A DNA stretch of 64,000 bases from Stellaceae bacterium. Lineage in GTDB: Bacteria; Pseudomonadota; Alphaproteobacteria; ATCC43930; CGMCC-115725. Where the stretch lies: contig DASPSJ010000109.1 of assembly GCA_035623985.1 (NCBI GenBank), forward strand, positions 979 to 64,978, read 5' to 3'. Below are positions 38,674-49,355 of the stretch, piece after piece. The notes below the pieces were generated by a model that saw only the letters and a list, made by a program, of their open reading frames with translations, searched no databases and was not told the DNA's origin. A program made the translations under genes and the position numbers. Position 1 is the stretch's first letter. Each line of letters opens with the position of its first letter.

Positions 38674-40782
38674 TCACGCCGGCAGGAGGATGGCGTCGAG
38701 CGCGAGCGCGCCCTGTCCCTCGGGCAGCACCATGAACGGGTTGACGTCGAGGCTGCGGAGCGCCGGGCCCTGCGCCGCGGCAAAGCGCGAAAGCCGCGCC
38801 AGCGCGCGGGCGAGCGCCGCGAGATCGGCCGGCGGGCGGCCGCGCATGCCGCGCAGCACCGGCAGCGCGCGCAGCTCGGCGATCATGCGCCGCGCCTCGT
38901 CCTCCTCGAAAGGCGCCAGGCGGAAGGTCACGTCGCCCACCGCCTCGACGAAGATGCCGCCGAGCCCCAGCATCACCACCGGGCCGAAGACGGGATCCCA
39001 TTGCGCGCCGAGAATGACCTCGACGCCGTCCGTCACCATCGGCGCGACGAGGCAGCCGGCAAGCGCCGCCTGGGGCGCCGCCTGGCGCACGCGCGCGGTC
39101 ACCTCGTCGAAGGCGCGGCGCACCGCCTCGGGCGTCTGAAGGCCGAGGGCGACGCCGCCGAGATCGGTCTTGTGGGCGATGTCCGGCGAGACGATCTTGA
39201 GCGCCACCGGCAGGCCCAGCGCCTCGGCTGCCGCCGCCGCCTCGGCCGGCGACCCTGCCAGGCGGTGCGGCACCACCGGCAGGCCGGCGCGCGCGAGGAC
39301 GGCAAGCGCCGTCGCCTCGTCGCACGGCCCCGGCGGCAGCTTTTCCGGCGCGGGCAGCGCCGCGGGCGCGGCGGACATCGCATCGAAGCCGCGGCGGAAT
39401 TGCGTCAGCGCGGCGATGGCGCGCAGCGCGTGGGTCGGCTCGTCGAACACCAGGCAGCCCGCCTGGTCGAGCGCGGCGCGGAACTGCGGCGTGTAATAGC
39501 AGGCCACCGCGAGCAGGCTCTCGGGATAGCGCCGGCGCAGCCGCGGGAACGCCTCGATGAAGCGCGGCGCGTTCACCGGCGAGCGGCCGACCGAGCCGAC
39601 GAAGCAGGCGACGCTCTCATAGAAGCCGCTGGCGAGCGTCATCTCGATGGCGCGTTCGAGAATGCCCATGTCGCTGACGATCTGGCCGGTGACGTCGATC
39701 GGGTTGCGGGTGGCGGCGAAGGGCACCATGGCGCGGACGTCGTCCTGAAGCCGTTGCGGCGCCGGCGTCACCTCGAGGCCGCGCGCCGCCGCGCTGTCCG
39801 CCATCAGCACGCCGACGCCGCCCGAGACGGTGATGATGCCGACGCGCTTGCCGGCGGGCGGCTCGCGCACCTGGCCGGCGGCATAGCCGATGTCGAAGAA
39901 CTCCTCCATGCTGGCGCAGCGATAGACGCCGTATTGGCGGAACATGGCGTCGAAGATCTCGTCGGCGCCGGCGAGCGCCGCGGTGTGTGAGGCGACCGCG
40001 GCGATGCCCGCCTCGGTGCGCCCGACCTTGAGGCAGATCACCGGCTTGCGCCTGAGGCGCGCGCGCGCCAGCGCTTCGGCGAGCTTGCGCCCGTCGCGGC
40101 AGCCCTCGACATAGAGCATTATGACCGCGGTCTCGGGATCCTCGGCGAGATAGGCGATGCCGTCGGCGGCGTCGACATCGCCCTCATTGCCGGTGGTGAG
40201 GATGACGCTGTAGGCGAGGGCGCGGTCCTGCGCCACCTGATAGGCGAGGCCGCCGAAGGCGCCGCTCTGGGTGATGAGGCCGATGCGGCCCTTGGGCGCC
40301 AGGCCGGGGCCGAAGGCGGGGTGAAAGGTCGCCACGAGGCCGTTGGCGAAATTGACGAGGCCCATGCAGTTGGGGCCGAGAAGCCGCATGCCGCCGGCGC
40401 GGGCGATGGCCTTGATCTCTTCCTGCGCGCGCGCGCCGGCCTCGCCCATCTCGGCAAAGCCCGAGGTGAAAAGCACGACGGCGCGCACGCCCTTTTGGGC
40501 GCAGTCGCGCATCGCCTGCGCCACCAGCGTCTCCGGCACGGAAATGACGGCGAGGTCGACCGGCCCGGGGATGGCGAGCACGCTCGGGAAGGCAGGAATG
40601 TCCTGCACCAGGGGCGCGCGCGGATTGATCGGGTAGATCGGACCCTTGAAGCCGCTGGTCTTCATGTGAAGGAGCGGGATGGTGCCGAGCTTGGCCGGAT
40701 CGGTCGAGGCGCCGATCACCGCCACCGAGGCGGGGCGGAAGAGCGGCGCGAGCGAGCTGGGATCGAGGAGGTCGGCGTGCAT
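38674..40782 (-). CDS. ADP-forming acyl-CoA synthetase (acetate--CoA ligase family; CoA-binding, succinyl-CoA-synthetase-like and ATP-grasp domains)
   Basis: Start at MHADLLDP. 'SVAVIGASTDPAKLG', 'GMRLLGPNCMG' and 'SGAFG' in the N-terminal half, with an ATP-grasp-like C-terminal half 'LPVALKIVSPDIAHKTDLGGV'. Confidence 0.85.
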   Translation of the reverse strand: MHADLLDPSSLAPLFRPASVAVIGASTDPAKLGTIPLLHMKTSGFKGPIYPINPRAPLVQDIPAFPSVLAIPGPVDLAVISVPETLVAQAMRDCAQKGVRAVVLFTSGFAEMGEAGARAQEEIKAIARAGGMRLLGPNCMGLVNFANGLVATFHPAFGPGLAPKGRIGLITQSGAFGGLAYQVAQDRALAYSVILTTGNEGDVDAADGIAYLAEDPETAVIMLYVEGCRDGRKLAEALARARLRRKPVICLKVGRTEAGIAAVASHTAALAGADEIFDAMFRQYGVYRCASMEEFFDIGYAAGQVREPPAGKRVGIITVSGGVGVLMADSAAARGLEVTPAPQRLQDDVRAMVPFAATRNPIDVTGQIVSDMGILERAIEMTLASGFYESVACFVGSVGRSPVNAPRFIEAFPRLRRRYPESLLAVACYYTPQFRAALDQAGCLVFDEPTHALRAIAALTQFRRGFDAMSAAPAALPAPEKLPPGPCDEATALAVLARAGLPVVPHRLAGSPAEAAAAAEALGLPVALKIVSPDIAHKTDLGGVALGLQTPEAVRRAFDEVTARVRQAAPQAALAGCLVAPMVTDGVEVILGAQWDPVFGPVVMLGLGGIFVEAVGDVTFRLAPFEEDEARRMIAELRALPVLRGMRGRPPADLAALARALARLSRFAAAQGPALRSLDVNPFMVLPEGQGALALDAILLPA

Positions 40783-41083
40783 CTTTGCCTGTGCGTGGCC
40801 CGTGAGGCAGGCGAGGGAGATACACGAAGCCGCCGCGCACCGCAATTTTCCGCCACGCGGCGGCGGCGGCGGCGCGGAAAGCGCGGGCGGGGACCGATGG
40901 TCCTGAGCGGCGCGAGGCGTCGCGGCGACCGTTCCCTCTATCGCGCCACAATATTGTCACAGGCGACCGGCGCCGAGGCGTGAACCCTGCCGCCTTTGCC
41001 GCGTTTCCATAGGACCAAAGGCACGCCGGGCCGAAAGGCCGCGGAGGGCGACGATTGTTCCGCGCAAGAGAAGGAGGCGAACC

Positions 41084-41329
41084 ATGACACGATCGATCAT
41101 CGCTCTTGCTCTGGCCGGCGCCACGCTCGCCGGCTGCGGCACCACGCCGGGCGATCGCGGCCTGTCCGGCGCCGGCATCGGCGCCGCCACCGGCGCCGTG
41201 GTCGGCGCGCTGGTCGGCGCGCCGCTGGTGGGCGCCGCCATCGGCGCGGGCACGGGCGCGGCCCTCGGCGCCGCGACGAGCCCCTCCACGGTCGATCTCG
41301 GCCCGCCGGTCTGGAGTCAGCGGCAATAG
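41084..41329 (+). CDS. glycine-zipper lipoprotein
   Basis: Lipobox 'LAGC' after a signal peptide. Gly-zipper 'GAGIGAATGAVVGALVGAPLVGAAIGAGTGAALGAA'. Confidence 0.75.
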   Translation: MTRSIIALALAGATLAGCGTTPGDRGLSGAGIGAATGAVVGALVGAPLVGAAIGAGTGAALGAATSPSTVDLGPPVWSQRQ

Positions 41330-41379
41330 CGCTGCGCCCGCGCACCTGGCCGCGCGGGCGACCGGCCGGTGCCGCCGTC

Positions 41380-41850
41380 ATGAAACCCGCCGGGCATTGG
41401 CCTTCCGCGCGGCCGTTGCCACGGCCGACCCGATCCGCCCGATATCGGGCCGGGGCGGCGATGCTGGCGATCCTCCTCGTCGCCGCGGCGCACCAATTCG
41501 ACTTCGCCGCGCATCGCCTCGACGTCGCGGCGCCGGCACAGGCGCTGGCCATCCGCGCCGCTCTCTTCGAACTCGCTGCCGCGACGCGCGCCTTGCCGGC
41601 GGGCATGACCGGCGATAGCGCGGCGAAGGCGCTCTATCGCCACGTCGCGGACCGCGACGCCCTCCTCGACGTGACGCGCTTTCCGAGCGAAGTCGACGTC
41701 ACTTTCCGTGGGCTCGGCAGAGCGGCGTGCATCGAGACCGAAAGCATGGCGCGACGTCTCGAGGGCTCGGTGGTGGTCCAGCTCGAAGGCTATGCCACGG
41801 CGTCGGATTGCGGCGGCAGCAATGCCATGACTTGGCGCATCATGCCCTGA
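41380..41850 (+). CDS. hypothetical protein (signal-anchor-like N-terminus)
   Basis: In-frame ATG 41380 within ORF 40996..41850, with a hydrophobic 'AAMLAILLVAAA' segment. No family was recognised. Confidence 0.4.
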   Translation: MKPAGHWPSARPLPRPTRSARYRAGAAMLAILLVAAAHQFDFAAHRLDVAAPAQALAIRAALFELAAATRALPAGMTGDSAAKALYRHVADRDALLDVTRFPSEVDVTFRGLGRAACIETESMARRLEGSVVVQLEGYATASDCGGSNAMTWRIMP

Positions 41851-42359
41851 CCCGGCAGTCCCGCGCCCGGATCCGGATCCGCGACCGCGACCGCGGCAAA
41901 AGGGGTTTTCACATGGCGCCCTGGACACGCCTTCGACGGTTGCCGCAACGAGACGGCGCCGATGCGCCCGGGCGCGAGGCTGCGCCATGCCGGCCGCCGC
42001 TCGTCCCATCGGGTGCTTGAATAATCGTCGGAAGAGGAAGCACGAAAACCAATAATGAGTCGCTGAATCAGCATCAGCTCGCCGTAATTTCGTCACACTT
42101 CAGTGTAAGTGGTCAATCACTCCCAAGCAGGAACAGAGGCGCCGTGGGAAATTAACCATAAGTGTCATTTTTTGGACCAACCGTCTTTCGAATTGCGTCC
42201 ACGGAATCGCGATCTATATTGGATCAATCATCCCGGATTGCTGGCGTCGGCGATCTCGTGCGATCGACCGACCGCGGTCCCCGGCCGCCTCTTTGCGGCG
42301 GCGACCCGCCGGCCTCTCTTTGCACCACAAGATCCGAAACGGCCCGAGGAGGAACGAGA

Positions 42360-42899
42360 ATGGTCGCCACGCTGGGTGTCGAAATCGTCGAGCATCTGGA
42401 CCATCTGCGCGCCTGCGCCCGCAGCCTGGCGCGCGATCGCGCTCTCGCCGACGACCTCGTGCAGGAGGCCGTCCTCCGCGCGCTCGTCCATGCGGATCAT
42501 TTCCGCCCGGGCAGCAATTTGAGGGCCTGGCTCTCGACGATCCTGCGCAACGCATTCTTCGACGAGAAACGAGCCGAAAAGCGGCGGATGCAGTTCGTCG
42601 ATGCCCTCGCGAGCGCGCCGGCATCGACCAAGGGCGAGCAGGAGGCGCGCCTCGCGATGCAGGACGTCTGCCGCGCCTTCGCGCGCCTGCCGGCGGGCCA
42701 GCGCACGGCCCTGGCGCTGGTGGGCGCCGAGGGCTTCTCCTACGAAGAGGCCGCGCGCCAGGCGGGTTGCACCATTGGCACGGTGAAAAGCCGAGCATCG
42801 CGGGCGCGGGTCAACCTTCATCGGCTGCTCGATGCCGACGAGGGCCGCGCCGCCAACGATGCGGCGTCCGGCGGCCTCTGGCGCCCTCGGGCGGCCTGA
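42360..42899 (+). CDS. ECF-type RNA polymerase sigma-70 factor
   Basis: Start at ATG 42360 behind GAGGAGGAA. Region 2 is 'DDLVQEAVLRALVHADHFRPGSNLRAWLSTILRNAFFDE' and region 4 is 'GFSYEEAARQAGCTIGTVKSRASRAR'. Confidence 0.88.
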   Translation: MVATLGVEIVEHLDHLRACARSLARDRALADDLVQEAVLRALVHADHFRPGSNLRAWLSTILRNAFFDEKRAEKRRMQFVDALASAPASTKGEQEARLAMQDVCRAFARLPAGQRTALALVGAEGFSYEEAARQAGCTIGTVKSRASRARVNLHRLLDADEGRAANDAASGGLWRPRAA

Positions 42900-43073
42900 G
42901 GCCGGTGCCGGCGTCCAAGGCCGGCGAGGAAGGTGCAACAGCCGCCCGCTGATTTTCCGCTACGCGGCACTCCGGCCCCGCGCCATACTCCGGCAAGGCG
43001 TCCTCGGAGACGGTCAGATCAGAAAGGGCGCGCGGCGGCTTGCGCCGCCGCCACCGGGGTCGGGAGGAAGGGC

Positions 43074-44456
43074 ATGGCCGGCGGCATCACCATGGGCGCT
43101 CGGCTCGACCGGCTGCCGGTCGCGCCGTTCCATTACCGCGTCTTCTGCCTCATCGCCGCCGGCATGTTCTTCGACGGCTATGACCTCTACGTCGCGGCGC
43201 CGGTGCTCGGCGCGGCGATGCAGAGCGGCTTCTCCACCGTGGCGCAGAACGGCTGGTTCATCTCGCTCACCTTCCTCGGCATGACGCTGGGCTCGCTGCT
43301 GGCGGGCTTCCTCGGCGACCGCTACGGCCGACGCTTCGCCTATCAGTTCAACCTGATGATCTTCGGCCTGGCCTCGCTCGCCGCCGCGTTCGCGCCCGAT
43401 ATCGAGACGCTGAACGCGCTGCGCTTCGTCATGGGCGTGGGGCTCGGCGCCGAGATCGTCGTCGGCTACGGCACCATGACCGAGTTCGTGCCGCCGCGGG
43501 TGCGCGGCACATGGATGGCGCTGATGGCCCTCGTCGTCGTCGCGGGCCTGCCGGTCACCGCCTTCCTCGCCTGGCTGATCGTGCCCGGCCATGGCTGGCG
43601 GCCGATGTTCGTCATAGCCGGCCTGGGCGCGCTCGTGGTCTGGTATCTGCGCAAGAATTTGCCCGAGTCGCCGCGCTGGCTCGAGGCCAAGGGCCGAAAC
43701 GACGAGGCCGAGGCGCTGATGCAGCGCATCGAGCGCGAGGCGGCGGGGAGCGGCGCGTTGCCGCCGCCGGTGCCGGCGCCGCCGCTGCCGAGCCTCGGGC
43801 TTGCCGCGCTGCTGAGCCCGAGCCTGCTGCCGCGCATGGTGGTCGGCAGCGTCGTGCTGATCACCACCAATGCGCTGATCTTCGGCTTCGTCACCTGGCT
43901 GCCGATCTTCTTCGGGCAGCAAGGGCTCACCATCGCGAAATCGCTGGGCTATACGCTGGTGATCGACCTCGGCTCGCTCGCCGGCTGCGCGCTGGGCGCG
44001 CTCAGCGCCGACCGCGCCGGACGGCGCCCGACGATCATCGCCGCCTCCTTATGGACCATTCTTTTCGGCGCGCTCTACCCCCTCGTCGCGGCGTCGCGGG
44101 CGGTGCTCGCCGTGGGCTTCCTGCTGTTCATCGGCATCTATGTCCTGACCTCGATCCTCTACGGCGTCTATACCGCGGAGCTGTTCCCGACCGAGGTCCG
44201 GCTGCGCGCCAACGGGATCTGCAACATGTTCGGCCGCGGCGCCACCATCTTGACGCCGCTGATCGTCGTGGCGCTCTTCAAAGCCTACGGCGTCGCCGGC
44301 GTGCTCGCCTTCATGATCGCGCTGCTGGTTGTGCAGATCGCCGTCGTCGCGCTCTGGGGCATCGAGCCCGCCCGCCGCGGCCTCGAGGATCTCGACCGCA
44401 CGCGGGAGACCGGCCTGACGCGGGCTCCGGCGGCAAGGCCGAGCGCGCCCGCCTGA
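43074..44456 (+). CDS. MFS transporter
   Basis: Start at ATG 43074 behind GGGAGGAAGG. 'FFDGYDLY', 'GDRYGRR' (MFS motif A), 'PESPRWL' and about 12 TM segments. Confidence 0.85.
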   Translation: MAGGITMGARLDRLPVAPFHYRVFCLIAAGMFFDGYDLYVAAPVLGAAMQSGFSTVAQNGWFISLTFLGMTLGSLLAGFLGDRYGRRFAYQFNLMIFGLASLAAAFAPDIETLNALRFVMGVGLGAEIVVGYGTMTEFVPPRVRGTWMALMALVVVAGLPVTAFLAWLIVPGHGWRPMFVIAGLGALVVWYLRKNLPESPRWLEAKGRNDEAEALMQRIEREAAGSGALPPPVPAPPLPSLGLAALLSPSLLPRMVVGSVVLITTNALIFGFVTWLPIFFGQQGLTIAKSLGYTLVIDLGSLAGCALGALSADRAGRRPTIIAASLWTILFGALYPLVAASRAVLAVGFLLFIGIYVLTSILYGVYTAELFPTEVRLRANGICNMFGRGATILTPLIVVALFKAYGVAGVLAFMIALLVVQIAVVALWGIEPARRGLEDLDRTRETGLTRAPAARPSAPA

Positions 44457-44647
44457 ATCCGTCTCCTTCCGGAACACAGAAGAACTTGCCGCATAAGCAA
44501 TAGAGACGTGTGTTTGGGAAGAGGGCTGCCCGCGTTTATGGGCACACTATTAATCACTCGTTAAGGATTACCGGCCAGCTTAGAGGGCCAGAGTTTGGCG
44601 ACGCCAAGCGCCGGACGCGCACCGGACAACCGCCTTTTGATCGCGAC

Positions 44648-46072
<1,425 letters not shown>

Positions 46073-46108
46073 TCGGGCGCGCGCCGGCGCGCCGAGGACG
46101 GCGGCGGC

Positions 46109-46387
46109 TCAGGCCAGAGCGTGGTCGGGGACGCCGAGATAGGCGGCGAGGCGGCGGCGGACCCAGCCCGGCAAGGCCCGGGGGATGCCATGCTCGAGAT
46201 AGGCGCGCAGGTAGGTGCTTGGCATGTCGATCGCCAAGGAGACCTGCTCCGCCGATTCCCCCAGCTCCTCCAGGGCGGTTCCCAGCACCGCCCGCGGCGC
46301 CTCCTCAAAGGCTGCCGGGCTGTTGTTCGCAAGATTGGTCGGCGGCATGAGCCTACTCCATTTCATCGTCTTGCGAGTCTGATGCAA
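46109..46387 (-). CDS. small putative HTH (XRE-like) protein
   Basis: About 80-92 aa. 'GESAEQVSLAIDMPSTYLRAYLEHG' looks like a helix-turn-helix. It is divergent from the cqsA-like gene. Start ambiguous (46387, 46366 or 46348). Confidence 0.45.
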   Translation of the reverse strand: MHQTRKTMKWSRLMPPTNLANNSPAAFEEAPRAVLGTALEELGESAEQVSLAIDMPSTYLRAYLEHGIPRALPGWVRRRLAAYLGVPDHALA

Positions 46388-46407
46388 CTAGAGTTAAGAT
46401 TGTGTAA

Positions 46408-46434
46408 ATGGCATGGATCGCCAATCCGTGCCAT
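46408..46434. promoter_or_regulatory. imperfect inverted repeat ATGGCATGGAT-N5-ATCCGTGCCAT (candidate operator)
   Basis: Read directly from the sequence: 11-bp arms with 1 mismatch and a 5-bp spacer, located in the 109-bp divergent intergenic region between the small HTH gene and the cqsA-like gene. Confidence 0.35.
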
Positions 46435-46496
46435 GGGCAATGGCCGTTACCCTTGCGCTCCCTGAAAAAGAGGGGTAGGTCCAAAGGCGCAACGGA

Positions 46497-47735
46497 ATGG
46501 AGTCAACGGTCAACCGGTTTGACGGGAACGGTGTCGAAATGTCGTCGGGGGAACGCACTTTTGCCTTCAGGGATTGGAGATCGTCTCCGCCCTCGACCCT
46601 CCATGCGGTGAATCAGCGCTACCAGGAATGGAAGTCGGGCTATGCCGCGGCCAATCTCATCGTCGTCGGCGGCAAGCCCGGCCCCGGCGCCATTCTGCTG
46701 GCCGGCAATGACTACCTGTCGCTGGCAAGGCACCCGAAAATCGTGCAGGCGATCGCCAGTACCCTGCTCAACACCCATTCCGACGTGCTGATGTCGACGG
46801 TTTACGTCCAGCATCTCGACGAGCAGCAGCACTATGAGGCCGCCATGGCGGCCTATCTCGGGAGCGAGGCGGCGGTGCTGTGCCAATCCGGCTGGTCGGC
46901 CAATGACGGGCTGATCCAGGTCCTGGCCGATGAGGACACGCCGGTCTACATCGATATCGGCGCGCACGCCTCGCTCTGGCAGGGAATTCACAGCGCCGGC
47001 GCGACGGCGCGCCCCTTCCGGCACAATGACCCCGCCAGCCTCGCCGCGCTCGCCAAGCGCTATGGCCCGGGCCTCATCGTGGCCGACGCGGTCTACAGCA
47101 CGACCGGGGACATCTGCCCGCTCGCCGACGTCGTCGACATCGCCGAGCGGCAAGGCTCCCTGGTGCTGCTGGACGAGTCGCATGCGGTCGGCGTGCGCGG
47201 GCCGAAAGGCGCCGGGCTCGCGGCCGAGCTGGGCCTCGTCGATCGCGTCCCGTTCCGCACGGTCAGCCTGTCGAAAGCCTTTGTCGGCCGCGGCGGCATC
47301 GTCGCCGGGCCGAGGCAGTTGCTGGAATATTTCCGGTTCGTGGCGCGCCCGTCGGTCTTCAGCTCGGCGGTGCTGCTGCACGAGATCGCGGCGTTCTCGG
47401 CGGCGCTCGAGATCATCCGCCTGGAAGAGTGGCGCCGGCAGGCGCTGCGGCAGAAATCGGGCTATCTGCGGCAGGGCCTGCTGGCCGCGGGATGGCCGAT
47501 CGCGAACAACGATGCCCCGATCATCGCGCTGATGGGCGGCGCGGAGGAGATCACCGTGCGGCTGCGCGACGCGCTCGAGGCGCGCAACGTCTTCGGCGCG
47601 GTGTTCTGCGCGCCGTCGACGCCGAAGAACCGGTCGCTGGTCCGGCTGACGGCGAATGCGACGGTGCCGGAAAGCGATCTCGACCGGGTGATCGAAGCTT
47701 GCGCGGCGGCGAAACGGGAAGCGGGCCTAGGCTGA
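46497..47735 (+). CDS. cqsA: CqsA/LqsA-like PLP-dependent alpha-oxoamine synthase family enzyme (putative alpha-hydroxyketone autoinducer synthase)
   Basis: 'LAGNDYLSLARHP', 'VLCQSGWSANDGLIQ', 'VYIDIGAHASLWQG', 'RYGPGLIVADAVYSTTGD', 'LLDESHAVGVRGPKGAGL', PLP-Lys 'SLSKAF' and 'VFGAVFCAPSTPKNRSLVRL'. These match my recollection of V. cholerae CqsA better than BioF, Kbl or ALAS, and the ALAS 'GSGGTRNISG' loop is absent. An alternative start is ATG 46539. Confidence 0.65.
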   Translation: MESTVNRFDGNGVEMSSGERTFAFRDWRSSPPSTLHAVNQRYQEWKSGYAAANLIVVGGKPGPGAILLAGNDYLSLARHPKIVQAIASTLLNTHSDVLMSTVYVQHLDEQQHYEAAMAAYLGSEAAVLCQSGWSANDGLIQVLADEDTPVYIDIGAHASLWQGIHSAGATARPFRHNDPASLAALAKRYGPGLIVADAVYSTTGDICPLADVVDIAERQGSLVLLDESHAVGVRGPKGAGLAAELGLVDRVPFRTVSLSKAFVGRGGIVAGPRQLLEYFRFVARPSVFSSAVLLHEIAAFSAALEIIRLEEWRRQALRQKSGYLRQGLLAAGWPIANNDAPIIALMGGAEEITVRLRDALEARNVFGAVFCAPSTPKNRSLVRLTANATVPESDLDRVIEACAAAKREAGLG

Positions 47736-49214
47736 GACCGCGATATCGCCGAGCGAGGCGCCGGGCAGGGGAAACCACAGCACCGTCTCGTCGGTGCGTC
47801 CGAAGGCGATGGACCGCGTCACCGTGCCGCCCATGCGTTCCAGCGCCAAATTGGCCAGCGCCAGATCCGGCCGGTTGGAAAATTCCCGATCGTTCCAGGA
47901 GACGCGGCGCAGGAGCCGAACCGCCGTCCCGCGCAGGCCGGCCGAGGAATCGGTGAGGCGCAGATAGTTCCAGCAGCCGGCCTGGCCGAGATTGACCACC
48001 AGCTCCGCTCCGGTCTCGCTGTAGATCTCGTTCAACGCCGCTTCGAGGACGCGCGCCAGCACGTGCGCCATCAGGACGGGCGAGCCGTGGAAGAGGAAAT
48101 CGTTGCGGCGGTCGATGAGGATGCGGGCGCGGTCGAGCTCGGCCGCAAAGGGCAGCCGCGCGACGGCGTCGTCGAGACAGCGCAGCATCGACGCGGCGCG
48201 CTGCTCGCCGGCCGCGGCATCGCCGCCCTCGGGGATGAGCATGCCGATGATGCCGCCGATCTGCTCGGCGGCTTCCTCGACGCGCGCCGGAACGCGCTCC
48301 AAGGCGGCGAGCTGGCGCGACGTCGGCTCCGACGCGCCCGGCTGGCGCCCGCCCTGCGGATAGGCGTGCACCAGCGTCGGCAGGAAGCGGCTCAGGCTCG
48401 CGGCATTGGTCCGGATGCTGACCAACGGGGATTGCATCTCCTTTGCCAGGAGAAGGCCGAGCTCGAGCCGCGCGCGCTCCTTGGCCTGGCGCAGGCCGGC
48501 GGCCTTGTAGCTGAAGATGGTGCCGGCGGTGAGCGTGAACAGGAAGATGGGCACGAATTCGAAGTAGAGGTTGACCGAAGTGGGGACGCCCGGCGAGACC
48601 ATGGCGTGGATCTGCCAGGCCAGGAGGGAGCCGGTGATGAACAGCAGGAACACGCTGATCCAGTCCAACAGCAGCACCACCAGGAACAGGCCGGCCATCG
48701 TCGACATGAGCCAGATGGTGGAAGTGTCGTTCTGCAGCAGCATGAAGGTGAAGAAGAACGGCCCGCAATAGAGCACCGTGCCCAGCCACAGGACCGGCAG
48801 GTAGCGCCGCCAGCGGCTCGGCCAGCGGTCCTTGGCCGCAATCGCGAAGCAGAGCAGCGTGCCGAAGAGGCGGATCCAGATGTTCTCGTAAGGCTGGGGA
48901 AACAGGAACTTCCAGACGAACCAATAGGCCGGGAACATGACGGCGGCGCACAGGCAGACCGGCACCATGTTGCTTTCGACATGGCGGACGCCGCCGAGGA
49001 TGACGGCGGCGACGTATTGGGTTGCCCGCTGAAGGGCCGAGCCGATGTCGCCGCTGCCGGTGGGCAGCGGGTTGCCGGCATCGAGCACCGTCGTCTGGTC
49101 GGTCGCGAGCGTCATGAGGGAGAAGACGGCTCCCGTCTCTTGAGTGGTGCGTGCATCGGCGTCGTGAACAGCGCTCGAAGCATGGCAAAGCGCATCTCTG
49201 CCCCAATTTGGCAC
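47727..49214 (-). CDS. cqsS: CqsS/LqsS-like multi-TM receptor with degenerate histidine-kinase core (H-box His replaced by Lys)
   Basis: TM domain 'FPAYWFVWKFLFPQPYENIWIR' and 'NDTSTIWLMS' resemble the CqsS sensor domain from memory. The DHp H-box position reads 'LAKEMQSPLVSI'. N-box 'LEAALNE'; G1 is 'DSSAGL' and G2 is 'DLALAN' in place of DxGxG and GxGLGL. There is no receiver domain. It converges on cqsA with a 9-nt overlap. An alternative start is 49115. Confidence 0.6.
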   Translation of the reverse strand: MPNWGRDALCHASSAVHDADARTTQETGAVFSLMTLATDQTTVLDAGNPLPTGSGDIGSALQRATQYVAAVILGGVRHVESNMVPVCLCAAVMFPAYWFVWKFLFPQPYENIWIRLFGTLLCFAIAAKDRWPSRWRRYLPVLWLGTVLYCGPFFFTFMLLQNDTSTIWLMSTMAGLFLVVLLLDWISVFLLFITGSLLAWQIHAMVSPGVPTSVNLYFEFVPIFLFTLTAGTIFSYKAAGLRQAKERARLELGLLLAKEMQSPLVSIRTNAASLSRFLPTLVHAYPQGGRQPGASEPTSRQLAALERVPARVEEAAEQIGGIIGMLIPEGGDAAAGEQRAASMLRCLDDAVARLPFAAELDRARILIDRRNDFLFHGSPVLMAHVLARVLEAALNEIYSETGAELVVNLGQAGCWNYLRLTDSSAGLRGTAVRLLRRVSWNDREFSNRPDLALANLALERMGGTVTRSIAFGRTDETVLWFPLPGASLGDIAVSA

Positions 49215-49355
49215 CGTCTAGTACCAAGGGAGTGTTAACGACGACTTAAAAAGCGGTTAATGCAGACCCCGGAATGAAGCTTTTGTCGCCATGGAGTTTT
49301 TCCCGCAAGCGGCAGGAGGCGGCAGCAGGTCTTCCACTCTTTCTGAGAGTATCGG

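Noticed and set aside
42100-42359. EcfG-type (GGAAC-N16/17-CGTT) autoregulatory promoter upstream of the ECF sigma factor gene.
   Set aside because: A GGAAC occurs at 42130 but has no CGTT at the right spacing. No NepR/PhyR-like or anti-sigma gene is adjacent, so no specific ECF subgroup or promoter can be supported.
46497-47735. Alternative assignment of the alpha-oxoamine synthase as 5-aminolevulinate synthase (HemA), BioF or Kbl.
   Set aside because: It lacks the ALAS glycine-rich 'GSGGTRNISG' loop. It has 'QSGWSAN' and 'YIDIGAHASLWQG' blocks that I associate with CqsA/LqsA, and it is paired with a CqsS-like membrane receptor. A phylogeny is still needed.
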